A stretch of DNA of 64,000 nt from Harriotta raleighana (Eukaryota). Positions 37,511-50,294 of the stretch are shown piece by piece. The position numbers and the translations under genes were made by a program. The stretch lies in the NCBI GenBank assembly GCA_050575255.1, contig JBNZDD010013650.1, positions 3,768,263-3,832,262 on the forward strand, in the 5' to 3' direction. Within the stretch, counting starts at the first letter, position 1, and the number at the start of each line of letters is the position of its first letter. The notes beneath the pieces are model-generated. The model saw only the letters and a list, made by a program, of their open reading frames with translations. It was not told the origin of the DNA and made no database searches.

Positions 37511-40500
37511 GAAGTAGAAAAGGACATTCCCTGGGCTGGGAGCCGGCGGCAACCCACACTGGCCACCAGTTTAGTTTTCATTTCAAAATCCCATCTGTTA
37601 TTCACTGTTCCTCATTCTCCAAATAGCCAGGGACAATTATATTCCACTGGAGTTTTATTTAAATATTCGTGTATAATAACATACCTTTTTTTTGAAGGGT
37701 GCTGAACTGGTTGTGTTTTGGGGGTTAATTTTCTTCCAAAAGTTATTTGGGGTTCAAATAAACTGTCTTTATGTGTGAACCCTGACAGTGAGTGACACAG
37801 GGCGGTTGCCTTGCATGGGTCTTCTCAACAAAGCCTCATTTCTATCCTCATCACTTTCTCCAGGGATATCTGTACAGAATTCAGGAATGGCAACCCCTCT
37901 GATTTACTCTCGATAACCCAGAGAGCTGAAGTATTGGCAGTTATTATTTGACAATTGCAGGGCAGCGTAGAGAATCATAGAGAACGTAGGGATCAGTCCC
38001 TTGGGAAGTCTTTATGATGTGAAAGTTATTTGTTGTTCTGTTAACATGTGTAGATTATCCATTGAAAGAAGAATTGTATCTTAGATTCCCTTCCATGGTA
38101 AATTCATCAAGGGAATTCCAAAGTGTGATAATCTGGCCTGTATGACTCAATGCTCCATCACGTATCCATGTAACCATGTTGATTATATCAACTTTTTGAA
38201 GTTTATACATCCTTCACATACCCTTTCTCCATATTCTTTTAATGTCCTTACTCCTCAAATACCTATCCCCTTTAAATGGCTAAGTTGACCGAATAGTTTC
38301 CTAGGGCTTGGCTCTAATTTTAATAGTATAGATGAGTGCTTCACATCAGCACCCTTAAGATCACTAAAATGAGATCCTAGTTATATTACACTAAGACCTT
38401 GAATTTCATAGTTACATATTTTTAACCAGCAGCGGGAATTTTCCAAGTGTGTATTTAAACCAGTAATGCAATATATCTTTTTTTTTGTTCATTCAGGTGG
38501 AGGTACGTTACAGGTTAGAGAAAGACAGATTGAGACACTAAAGGATTTGATCTGTATATTGGAGTGAAAGATAAATGCTTACCCAGTATGGTACAGTACT
38601 TTAGTAATAGTATAAGTCCTAATAGCATAAAGTTGTACTTAGCATTGTACAATATATTTTGTTTGGAAACCTGATAGCTGCAAATCTGTATTTTCATATT
38701 AACAACAGAGCCGGTCTTACTTATGAAAATAGGCAATATTATATCCTTATGCTCTAGATTCCCATGAGGGTTGTATCCTATTTTGCAAGTTCTAGCTTGC
38801 AAAAACAACATCACTCCTGTTTGAACACCTCACAAATAATTTCTTTGGATTATAACCCAGATAGTTGTTAAAGATCTGTGGCATTACTTGAAAGATTAAA
38901 TGATATTTTGATAAATTGAATCATAATAGCCGTAGGTCCATACACTGTTTTTGACATTTTACAGTTTCCTGCTCTCTTCACAATTCACGCCTAGAGTTGT
39001 GTCAACCTCAAATTGGAGTAAATTCTCCTCTGTTCTCACATCGAGGTTGAAAGCAAACCATTGGGTGCATCCTGCACAACCACTGCTCCTTGTAACATTT
39101 CACTATTCTTATCAATCCCACACTCCATGATAAACGCTCTCGCTTCTTATCCACTCAGGGCTGCTTTGGTTCTGAGATAGCACCTGCACTGGAATAACAA
39201 CTGTAACAATCTTTAGTCAGGCACCTCAGGCCCAACTATGCTAATGCACTGCCTGTTGGCCTTCCCAACTCCTCCCTTTATAGGCTGCAGATTTTCCAGA
39301 ACTCTGCAGCCCATGTCCTTTCCTACACCAAGGTCTGTAACTCTATCACTGCCATTCCCACCCGACTCCATTGGCTTCCCATCATTCAGAGCCTGGTCCT
39401 CACCTTTAAAGCCCTCCATGGCCTTGCAGCTCGGGTCCGAAACACTGACTGTCCAGTGTCTTGGCACAGCCTCCCAAATTGAAAGATGCTACACAAAAGC
39501 AATTTTCTTGTTGTTGTTGTAGTCACAGACCTGGCCAGACCAGAGATGTACACATGGTGAGTTTAACACTATGCAAATCTTACGATGTTTTTTTACATCC
39601 CAACATGACCCGAATGTATGTGAGTCGCAAAATCCTATGTTTCTGTTCATATTTCTGGCATCTTCCAATGGATGCTTGTGGTTTACAGACTTGCAAGATA
39701 TTCATCACACATAAAAGATAAGTGCAAGTTGGTAGGAACAAATTTCTCCTGTGGGAACCTCCAGAAAGGACACAATAAAGAATAGTTAAGGGAACTCCAA
39801 GATCCAGAACTCGCTTCTGCCAAAAAAAGTTCTGCAGTGTTGTTGTGGAGCTTAACATGCTTCCTTCCTGTGCAATCAAAAGGCACCCAAACACTATGGA
39901 AAAAGGCAATTGTGCAAGGGAGGAAATAAATAGTCTGCTAGGACTCATCTGTGAACACATGTATGGATTGATTTAAAGGCTCATACTCTGTTTAATACAT
40001 AGAGCGATATTTTTCGGTCATTCGAACTTCTGTCATAAATATTTAACCAGCTAACTGTTTCTCCATTCTGTCCCATTTCTTCTCTGCCAGAACTACTCTA
40101 TCAGTCTGCTCTACACCAGTGCATTGAAATTGGTCAAGAGAGCTTTCCCAATATGTAAAGTAGGTAACAGTAAAGCACAGTCATATGGGAAATTGTAATG
40201 TTGATACCCAGACTGTGCAAGGTGCTATACAAGTGTAATTTTGTTGTTGTTGGTCTAGTTGATCTGAATTAGGAAAGTGGGAGTGACAACTGACCCCAGC
40301 ATCCCTGGGTTAGGGAGTAGAAAATTAAGAAAGTTAGCTCAGAGTTCATGCTACAGATCTTTATCCAGTGAATAGTCCAAATATCAGCAGTACCTTGTTG
40401 TACCCAAAGAGACTGAGACTGCCACCAAGAGTCAACTGATGATGTATTGCCAGGCACACTGAAGACAGCTAATCCATAAAGAAACGCAAAAGAAATGTCC

Positions 40501-40999
40501 CTAATTGATTATTAGACACCCATTAAGTGCAGGTTTGAGCCATTGCTTGGGGACTAGCAGGTACAATAAATATTTTGTGAGGAGTATGGTGAATATCCCA
40601 CCTTAGCAATACATGCACACTTCCTGCTTACCTAATTTCATGTTGGCAAGAGGTAAGAATTAGGGCCCAGACTGTGTGCTGGATACTGGAGTCTAACCGT
40701 GTAAAACCAAATAGATTGCCATTGAAAGTACTGACTGACAAGCATTTCCACTGCTTGTCCAGCTAGGAATACTCTACCCATCAGGGCTTTGGTTTGCAGG
40801 GCTAACAGGAGCTGAGTGGGAGTCTCTGGCCCCGGAGACTGGTCTGACCTTCGAATTCCTGCCAAAAGGCCAAGTCCATGCTGCATAACAGGCTTACACA
40901 GCACCAGCTGCTTAATTCAGGTTCTCATTTAAAGGACCTTGGCAAATAGACATGTCCAATATGATGCTGACTCCACCTCCAGTGTACTCAACAACAGTT

Positions 41000-41500
41000 C
41001 GGTGTCGGCCGGAGGCCTCTCTCCCTGCAATCACTTGCCACAAATCTACCTCACTGCATGATCCTGATTTCTGCAAATAGTTTGGAGTAAGCTGCTCTAC
41101 TACAAACGCTACTCCATAAAGGAGAAATGTTTACACACAGGTCTTATAAGCCACAAGCTTGAACTGCATCGGGACCTCACTGTCCTTTGCCCCTTCTCTG
41201 CGTGTTAATTTAGGATAATGTCCAAGGAAACGTTGGTGTCCACCACATTCTTGAGACAATTGTGACTCATGGCCCTTGTATCTTCCAATCGATACCGTCA
41301 ATGTCTTCTCTTGAGGCGGTCCCCAGACAACTCCGCCAGCAGAACAATATCATTCGCATCGGAAGCGTTGCAATCCTGTCAGAGAGGCCTAGACCACATA
41401 CACCAAATCCATCCCTCTTGAGAAGAGGCCCCCTTGATGCCATCATCATTGATGAATCCATCCAATAGTGCAAGTGACAATACATAGACTGTACTGATAT
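41000..41500 (-). mobile_element. Highly degenerate non-LTR reverse-transcriptase fragment
   Basis: Minus-strand pieces VYVLSLALLDGFIND and DANDIVLLAE resemble the RT motifs GCVLSPxLFxxFIND and YADDIVLLAE. Confidence 0.4.
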
Positions 41501-42251
41501 CTTCAAGGTATGTAATAATGACTGGATTCTATATGGGCAATGCATTTACCCACTGAGCCATCAGCAGAGCTGAGATATATGCATTTATATATATATATAT
41601 AGTGCATGAATTCATTAATGGTTGAACAATGGGAGAATTTACAATTTTGAAAAATAAATCTTTTTTTAGCAGGACAATGGAGACATATAGACCACAAAAG
41701 TCTTAGCAAGTTATGAAACCGATGACAATATATATATATAAACACACAAAATCATTCGCATCGCTTTGCATTTTGAAATAAATATTGATGTAATATGATG
41801 CCGCCTTAACACCCACCCAACTCCTGTCTCCCTTAAAGAATTACTATGAATTTCCTTTGCCCAGGGTAGAGACAGCCTGTCGGGCTGTGTAAATTAAACA
41901 CAGCAGCATTTGTGAAACTAAGGGCAGGAGGGAGGTAATGGAGGTAAGAAAGAGATGAGGGTTTGCAGAGGCAGGAGGGGCTGTGCTGCTTTAAGGCTGA
42001 TATATTCAGTGTGTGTGTGTGTGGGGGGGGGGCAGAATACACAGTTACTCGGGGCATGCGCTGAGCGGCTGGAATGGAGTTGGGGCAGAAAGGGAGAAAT
42101 CTGTGCAATCGCAAAGAGTCAAATTGACATTTGGTGTCTCTGCCGGAGCGGCCGGGGCTGCCGACTGCTTCTCACCCACCATCAGATCTGACCGCCTGCC
42201 CCTCCCCACTGACCCGCTCCCCCAGCCCCTTCACACACACCCCACCCTCCC

Positions 42252-42969
42252 NNNNNNNNNNNNNNNNNNNNNNNNNNNNNNNNNNNNNNNNNNNNNNNNN
42301 NNNNNNNNNNNNNNNNNNNNNNNNNNNNNNNNNNNNNNNNNNNNNNNNNNNNNNNNNNNNNNNNNNNNNNNNNNNNNNNNNNNNNNNNNNNNNNNNNNNN
42401 NNNNNNNNNNNNNNNNNNNNNNNNNNNNNNNNNNNNNNNNNNNNNNNNNNNNNNNNNNNNNNNNNNNNNNNNNNNNNNNNNNNNNNNNNNNNNNNNNNNN
42501 NNNNNNNNNNNNNNNNNNNNNNNNNNNNNNNNNNNNNNNNNNNNNNNNNNNNNNNNNNNNNNNNNNNNNNNNNNNNNNNNNNNNNNNNNNNNNNNNNNNN
42601 NNNNNNNNNNNNNNNNNNNNNNNNNNNNNNNNNNNNNNNNNNNNNNNNNNNNNNNNNNNNNNNNNNNNNNNNNNNNNNNNNNNNNNNNNNNNNNNNNNNN
42701 NNNNNNNNNNNNNNNNNNNNNNNNNNNNNNNNNNNNNNNNNNNNNNNNNNNNNNNNNNNNNNNNNNNNNNNNNNNNNNNNNNNNNNNNNNNNNNNNNNNN
42801 NNNNNNNNNNNNNNNNNNNNNNNNNNNNNNNNNNNNNNNNNNNNNNNNNNNNNNNNNNNNNNNNNNNNNNNNNNNNNNNNNNNNNNNNNNNNNNNNNNNN
42901 NNNNNNNNNNNNNNNNNNNNNNNNNNNNNNNNNNNNNNNNNNNNNNNNNNNNNNNNNNNNNNNNNNNNN
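42252..42969. other. Assembly gap (718 N) inside a GC-rich island
   Basis: Run of N flanked by C-rich and poly-C sequence. Confidence 0.99.
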
Positions 42970-42981
42970 CCCCCCCCCCCC

Positions 42982-43014
<33 letters not shown>

Positions 43015-44078
43015 CCTTTGCCTCGGGGCTGTCAACCCGCCATCGCTACCCCTCCCGTTGGGGGATCGACAAAAAAAAGATTCGGGATTTAAGGAGCAGG
43101 AAAATCTTGTGGCAGTGACTGGGCTGTCAGACAGGGCAGGGCAGGGCAGGGCTGCCCAGGTAAGATCCTTTCCAATCACTGTCACCATTGTATTGTATTG
43201 TATCAGGAGCGACAATCCCACAGCAGTAAAATAGCGTTTGAGACACGGGGATAATTCAGTCAGAGCTGGAATCAGTTTCTGATTTAATGATTTAATTCTG
43301 AAATAGTCCCTGTCCTGTTTGCTGTTTTTGCTGCAGTGCAACATTGCAATAATGTGCTGCTGGGGTTTAATCTGTGGGATTAAATGCTGCTGGACAGGTT
43401 TGATGGTTTTCATTTAATTTATGGGGCAGCGGTGGGTTTATATTTCCGTTGCTGGGTCCAAATGTACAGCGTTTTCACTATATTTACAATATCCTACGTT
43501 TGCTATCGTTACTCTCCCATAGGGGGTGATAAGTGGCCTCTGTGGGCGATGCGATTTCAGTTATTTTATGCTTCAGGAAAGTCAGGACCGAGTTGCTTTC
43601 AGTCTGTGGATGAAAATAATGGTCCCTCTTCCCTACTTTCCCTTAGACTCCCCCCCACCCCCCCCCCACCCCACACCTAGTACCTCCTTAAAGTGGCCAC
43701 TCATTATGTGTGGGCTCAGACAGGCTGTTGGCAGAGGGTTTGACAGCAGGAGGAATGCGATCTCTCGCAACAGTAGGTGTCTGGATAGCAATCACAGGCA
43801 AGAGTTGATTCAGTTGATTTTTCGACCTCCAGGACCCAGGAACACTGACAGCAGTTATTACTCTAGCCCTGGCTGAGATTGTTTGTGCCAGAACAGAGCA
43901 GGAATTGAACCTGGGATCCTCCCAGTCTATCTGGCTCAGGAATATCTATGTGGCTCATTTCCCACCTTCACAAGGCAAGTTACTGGGAACTTGTATTTTT
44001 TTTTTAAAAAGTGAATCATATTAACCTCATGAGTCCTGAAGTAATTCTGAGAGGTACCTGCATAGAAAAGTCNGGGGT

Positions 44079-44166
<88 letters not shown>

Positions 44167-44612
44167 TTATTTGGGGCAGGGTATGATGCGACTAATGATC
44201 CATCTATTTCAGTGCAGCCCTACTATGTTTCCGCTTCACCTCTCTTCATTGCTGCTGATATTTTGTCCAATTTTAATATTACTTTCACACCTTAGTAATG
44301 ACAGAATCTCTACTTCATTGCCCTCATACCGTCTCAGTAGATTACGCAATTATCATATGAAATGAGCAGTGTTTTGGATCAGTCTTGAGATCAAATCCTG
44401 GACCTGTTGTTTAAATGGTGCTCAGATACAGTCTGACCAACAATGCCACTATGTCCCATCTCTTAATGTTTTCCACCAGGTATCATAAAACAGTGGCAAG
44501 TGAGAATGGGAGAGTCATTGCTTAGATCTGGAGAGCAAACTTTGACGTACATATTCTTGAACACTTCACAGCTATAAATTAATCAGTACACCAGACAATG
44601 CCTTTAGTTTTT

Positions 44613-44897
44613 GTGGAGTCCTGTAGCTCAGTGGTTAGAGCACTCGCTTTACATGCAAGAGACCTGGGTTAAATTCCAGGCAGGGCGAAACCTTGTGCAA
44701 GTTTCCTTACTCCATACACCTAATATTAGTCCCTCAAAAAAATAATAAATTAGTCATTTCAATTCATGACTGTTTGTGGGACACTGCTGTGTGCAAATGG
44801 CTGCCGCGTTTTGCCCACATATGTACAATTAATTCACTTTACAGTATATTTTGTGAAGTGTTTTGAGATGACTAGAAGAAACGTGAAAAGCGCTATT
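44613..44897 (+). mobile_element. tRNA-headed SINE with L2-like 3' tail
   Basis: A-box TAGCTCAGTGG, B-box-like GGTTAAATTCC, core GTTTGTGGGACACTGCTGTGTGCAAATGGCTGCCGCG, tail GTGAAAAGCGCTA. Confidence 0.85.
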
Positions 44898-47800
44898 ACC
44901 AGCTGAGCTACCGGATAGCATTGCCTGTAGTACAGAGACAATGTAGATGAGGAATGTTTTCGGATCAATCCCCACTCTGTAGTGATCCAGGTAGCATTTG
45001 AGTTTACAATTGGCCTCAGTACCCTTAGGCCAAGAAGAGCTCACACTCTCAGTCACATTCAAAACCTCATGTGCCAGAAAGTGTGCATGGGTGAAAGTCA
45101 GCTGACTTTCTCCACCCCCTCCCCCCCCCCCGGGACATTTCCCATCTTTATACATGCTAGAGGTTTAAATAGATTCACTGTTATTTAGAAAATGTTTGCA
45201 GGTGCAGTATTGGACTGGGACTCCTGTCAATCCCGCAATCCCTCTGCCTCACCGCCTCCCTAGCCTCCTTCAAGTCCCGCCTCAAGACCCTCCTCTTTGA
45301 CCTTCCCATTGGTCACCCCAAATCCCCTCCACCTTCCCTAATTCTGACCCCAGCTCGGTTCTGAAACATTGACCTTCCAGCGCCTCGCGATGTCCCCCCA
45401 ACGGGAAAGGTGCTATAGAAATAATTGTTGTTGTTTTTGTTATTGTCCTGCATCTAGGGACATCCTCCCAACATGAAAGGCGCTTTCAAATGTAATTTTG
45501 TTGTTGTTGGGTGCACAAAGTCCCTTCAGTACTGCCCATGAGCAAGTCTGCAATGTACGAAAGTAGTGAAGTGCTGAATCCCATCTTTATAATGAAACCT
45601 ATTATAAAGTGTAGAAAACTATTAAATCTAGACACTATAGTCTGGGGTAATCCTGGGGTGGGGGACAGTTTTCTGTGTCCACACATAAACTGGGGAAACT
45701 GTTAACCCTTTACTAATATTTGTTATAAACTATAGCAGAGCCAGTGAATGGGGTAAGTGGAAACAGCCCAGGTTCCCATTGCTTTGAACCATCCAGTGAT
45801 TCCAGTTTAGTTTTTGTTAATTAAGAAAATATTTGAAGTGTCTTGACTTCAGTACTGTACTGTGATTTCCTGTTACGTTGGCAGGCATAAAGTTCCATCA
45901 AAATCCATGAACCTCTGTGATCTGATCCAAATAGGCATCATAATAGCCATCAGGGTAATCCTAGATAGGTATTGGGAGTAGGAAGCCTAGCTAAATTTCC
46001 CCTCCCTAATCAAGATTGTTGAGGCTAATTGTAGTCCTAACTGCTAGCTTTGTCAGAGATTATAACTCAGAACAGATCTAGTTCCATGTATCTTAAGTGT
46101 CATAACACAATTTACTCACTTACCCAACTGCGAGCCTACTCCACACCCACAACTCGTCCTCAATGTAATTTCTGTCAAACGATGTTACGTTTTCAGGCAA
46201 AAAAAAGTTATTTTACACATAGTTTGGCATACAGCCACAAGCTGAATGATCTATTTGTCTGTAAGATTGTTGTCAAGGAGCCTTGGGATATTCTCCCGAC
46301 GTGAAATGCGATATATAAATGTAATTTTGGATGGTATAAACTCCCTTTTTTCAAAAAGTGTTATGATCTTTGACCTCCATCTGAAAGGTGGATAGTTCTG
46401 TCCTTGGTTTTAACATTTTATTCAAAGGTTAGAGTATCGCAGTATACAAAGTTATTAAACCTAGACATTAGATTTAGTCTAGACACCGATACATCATCAC
46501 TCTCTGATGATGTATCAGCCTCGACTGCGAGCTCAACTCCCCTTATGAGGCTTGAACTCTCAATTTTTTCACCCAGAGGTGACAGACAACATGACAATAA
46601 CTCTGCTGTAACTGCTTTGAGGGTCTTGAACTCTGGTTATATTCACTGCACAATATTAACAGCTTGTGTTTGCTGGGAGAGGAGAGATACTGGAGAAATA
46701 AGAATGAGAATCAAACAGAAATAGGCCATTTAGCCCATCATGCCCTAACATGAGCTTTTAAATTCAAGTCTATTTTCTTGCACATTTCCCAAGCTCTTCA
46801 ATGTTCAAGCATCTACAGAACCCAATAGCTACACTTATGACTAGCCCATATGTGCATGAAAAGGCTGTGCAGTTTCAGATCATCACACAAAAATACAAAT
46901 TGCTGTACAAACCAAAACCTTCCAAAACCCTGACTGATTTTACCTTTCTGTGGCACCACACTGTGTCAGTCCTTCTCTGTCTCAGATCTCCCCAACACGG
47001 TGCTTTTCTCTGTTTTTGTCTATATGTCTGGCTACCTGTCTATCTCTTCAACTGTGAGAGGGGGTGATAATTTGAGAGAGAGATAATTTGTCTTCACAAT
47101 GGTTTGTTCGGAGAATTATACATTCTAACTACTCAGTATAATCCAAAGTGATGTACATTAGTTAACTTGATCATCCAACTCTAGGATCAGGGTTTAGGTT
47201 ATGTATAGCTGGGTTTTGAATTGTATTCCAGATGGATGGGATCTCCAGAGCTGTAGTACTTATGCAGACTATATATTCAGTGCAAGGAACATGCCATCTG
47301 CTGCAAATGCAACAGGAACATTGGTGTTAATGCAGTTAATGCAATGCAATGTTAATGCAATACAGCTGTATGCCTGTGGAATCCCTGTAGTGAAGCCTTG
47401 CAACCACTTTTCCTATCTATCCCCCACATACTGTTCTCACCTGTATGTCAAACTCTTCAACCAGAATTCCCTCACCTTTGACTCTGCCTCCATTGTGCAG
47501 AAGCTACTCTCTCCTTGTCAATTTTCTCCTCCTGTTTTGAAGCCAATCTGCCACCACAGAATGTTTAAAGAGCACTGGCAATCCTCTATTTCACTCAAGC
47601 AGCCATTATTCACATATTAACCCAGACAGTCAGTCAGTCAGCAGGGCATTCGACACAAGGAGGAATCACAATTCTGTTCTCGCCTGCTTACTCTCCGACA
47701 GTGCACAAACACACACAAGCCAATCCTCCAGGCTGGGGCCTCTCTAGATAGCAATCAGGAATCCTGACTGATTTTACCCTGTCTAATTGGAGGATAAAAT

Positions 47801-48111
47801 GAGGGTAGTTGTAACCCCGATCTCTTCTCTGCTGATGCTGAGATTAGCTAACTCAGCATATACATGGATTTGAATTGCCAATTTTCTCAACTGTGAGGAT
47901 AAATGTAATGGTGTATTTACCTACCTGGGCAATCCATGCCAATGATAACTACTGAGGATAGTGTATCCTCACCTATTGAGATTTGTGGGGAAGAGTTGGA
48001 TAGACAGATGTACTAGTGAGCACTAGTATCCTGAACACTGAGCACAGAGTATTGCATAGATTCCCACATTGTGAGACAAAAATCAAGCTTTAATCCATCC
48101 CCAGCCAATTT

Positions 48112-49296
48112 CACAATTGTCTCATTTTGCTGCTAAACCACAAAATAAAGCTTGAGGCCTGCAGCACTGTGTGACTCCTCCCAACAGAAGATTTGTTCCA
48201 CACACACATTATTTTCAATAATGTAAGACTTTCGCCTATTCTACTGATGCTACGATTAGCTATTTCTTTGTACCGTCCCCTTGCTTCTCCCTTAGAACAG
48301 ACGTGAGGGAACAATACTGAATCCTAGATTCAGTAACGCCCCAAAGCCAGGAATGGATGGATTTCAGTGATAGATATATGTCATTAGATATACTAGATAT
48401 ATATATATCATTATATATATTAGACGCAGAGATGGATATATGAATAGATACCCAATGAATAGACCCAGAGACGTCTGAAATAGCAGCTCTGCCAAGGGAC
48501 CAAGAGTAGGGTTGATCAGATGGAAGTTTTCCCACATCCCAGGTCAAGTGTGTGGTTGGGTATTCAATGGTGGGAGCTGATCCTGATCCTGTCCTTAAAT
48601 GGAACCAGTTAATCAGGAGCGGAAACTGTCTGTTCTCCATTCCCTCACAGGGTACCAAGGTCATTCTTTAACTCAGCACAGCTTGGGGACAGAACCTAGC
48701 GCCTTCCTGCTCTGTTTCAACACAGCTATTAACGAGACAGTACTTTGACCAGCTGAATCATCAGAAGAGCTGTCAACTTTAAATGTCAGATTGAAATTAG
48801 TCTAATTGTAAGAGTTTAACATTAAGGTTTTTTATTTTGAAAAAATTGTAAGTTATCTACTTCGCACTAAGAGAACTGCTGAAGTGATCGTGTGATTATG
48901 TGGAACCCGAGCCAGCAGGCAGGTGTGTAACAAGTACACCCAAGCAAATTTTTAAAAACACGTTTCTATGAACATATATGCAAGTGTGTCTGTGTATGAG
49001 TGTATTTTTATGTTTAAATGTGTGCATGTAGGAGAGAGAGAGTCTGTGTATACGTAAGAGAGTGCAAGTGGGTGATTTTGAGATTTTGTCGTCTAACCGA
49101 GTGCTGAACTGAGGCCTTCTTACTCTTTAGTTAATTAAATCCTTTTGGACAAACCCTTTCTTGTGTGTGTGTGAGTGGAGCATATTAGACCTGGAAGCAT
49201 GTATGTGTGGAAGAAATCCTCTGTTGGGAGGAGTCACATACTGCTGCGGGCCTCAAGGTTTATTTGGTGGTTTAGCAGCAAGCTGAGACAATTGTG
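48112..49296. repeat. 98-bp inverted duplication (48112-48209 vs 49199-49296), 88/98 identical, no indels
   Basis: Aligned by eye; also visible as the similar ORF-track peptides CVWNKSSVGRSHTVLQAS and YVWKKSSVGRSHILLRAS on opposite strands. Confidence 0.85.
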
Positions 49297-49993
49297 TGTG
49301 TGTATGTTTCTCTCATTTACACTACATGTGCTCTATATCTGTGTCTGTCACTATCCTTTCTGTCTATGTGTGTGTGTATATGTGTCTCTCTCAGTGTTTC
49401 TCTACATATGTGTACATCTCTTCTTCTGTGTGTGTGTGTTTATTTATTTCTCTCTTTCTACGTGTATGTGTGAATGCCTTGCTCTCTTGCTGGTACTGGG
49501 AAGGACAGACACAAAACTTACACTGGTTTCCAAAATTCATGATGTGCAGGAGCCCAGCCGAAAGCTGGTGTGTTTTTTTGAGTGATAAAATGCAATGTAA
49601 CTTTAGATGCAAGACTCTATCTGTGCACATCTGGTACAGATGAATTGTCTGGCTATTGTGTGGTGTGGGTGGGGTAGCTATTCATGCAAGCAAAGTTAGT
49701 GGCTGTGCACTGGCACATACACTGTCTGCCATGTTGTACTGGGGAGCAACAGTGCCTGAAAATCCATCTTAGGCACTTTTTATAAAACTTTTTCTCCTTC
49801 AAATTTTTCTCCTGAAAGTTACATAGTTACATAAAGTGATTTGCACCGAACAAAGCTAAATCAAGTACAGATAGGATCTGACTGTGTAATTTCCCAATAT
49901 TCATTGTTGAATATCACGTGTTGAAGAATAAAATGGTAAACCTGGGCGAGGTAGTTGAGGGTGCCCAGTGCCCACAGTTGTGCTTCCAATCCA

Positions 49994-50294
49994 AGTCCTG
50001 GAGCTCAATGGTTAGAGTACTCACCTTACAAGTGAGAGACCTGGGTTCGATTTCCGGCAGAGCGAAACTTTGGGCAAGTTTCCTTACACCATATGCCTGA
50101 TAATAATCCCTCAAAAAAAATTGGTCATTTCAATCCATTTCAGTGTTTGCTGGACACTGCTATGCATGATTGGCTGCAACGTTTCTCCCACAAATATACA
50201 ATCAATTCACTTTACAGTCTATTCTATGAAGCGCTTTGAGACATTTAGAATATGTGAAATTGCAATATCAAATGCAAGGATCGTTATTTTTATT
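49994..50294 (+). mobile_element. tRNA-headed SINE with L2-like 3' tail
   Basis: GAGCTCAATGGTTAGAG..GGTTCGATTTCC head; same body and tail as the 44613 copy. Confidence 0.85.

Noticed and set aside
42013-43413. Long ORFs of 259-413 aa in the track
   Set aside because: They are open only because they run through the N gap.
44073-44164. ~90-nt poly-G run / poly-Gly ORF
   Set aside because: Begins at a single N (contig join); most likely a sequencing or assembly artefact.
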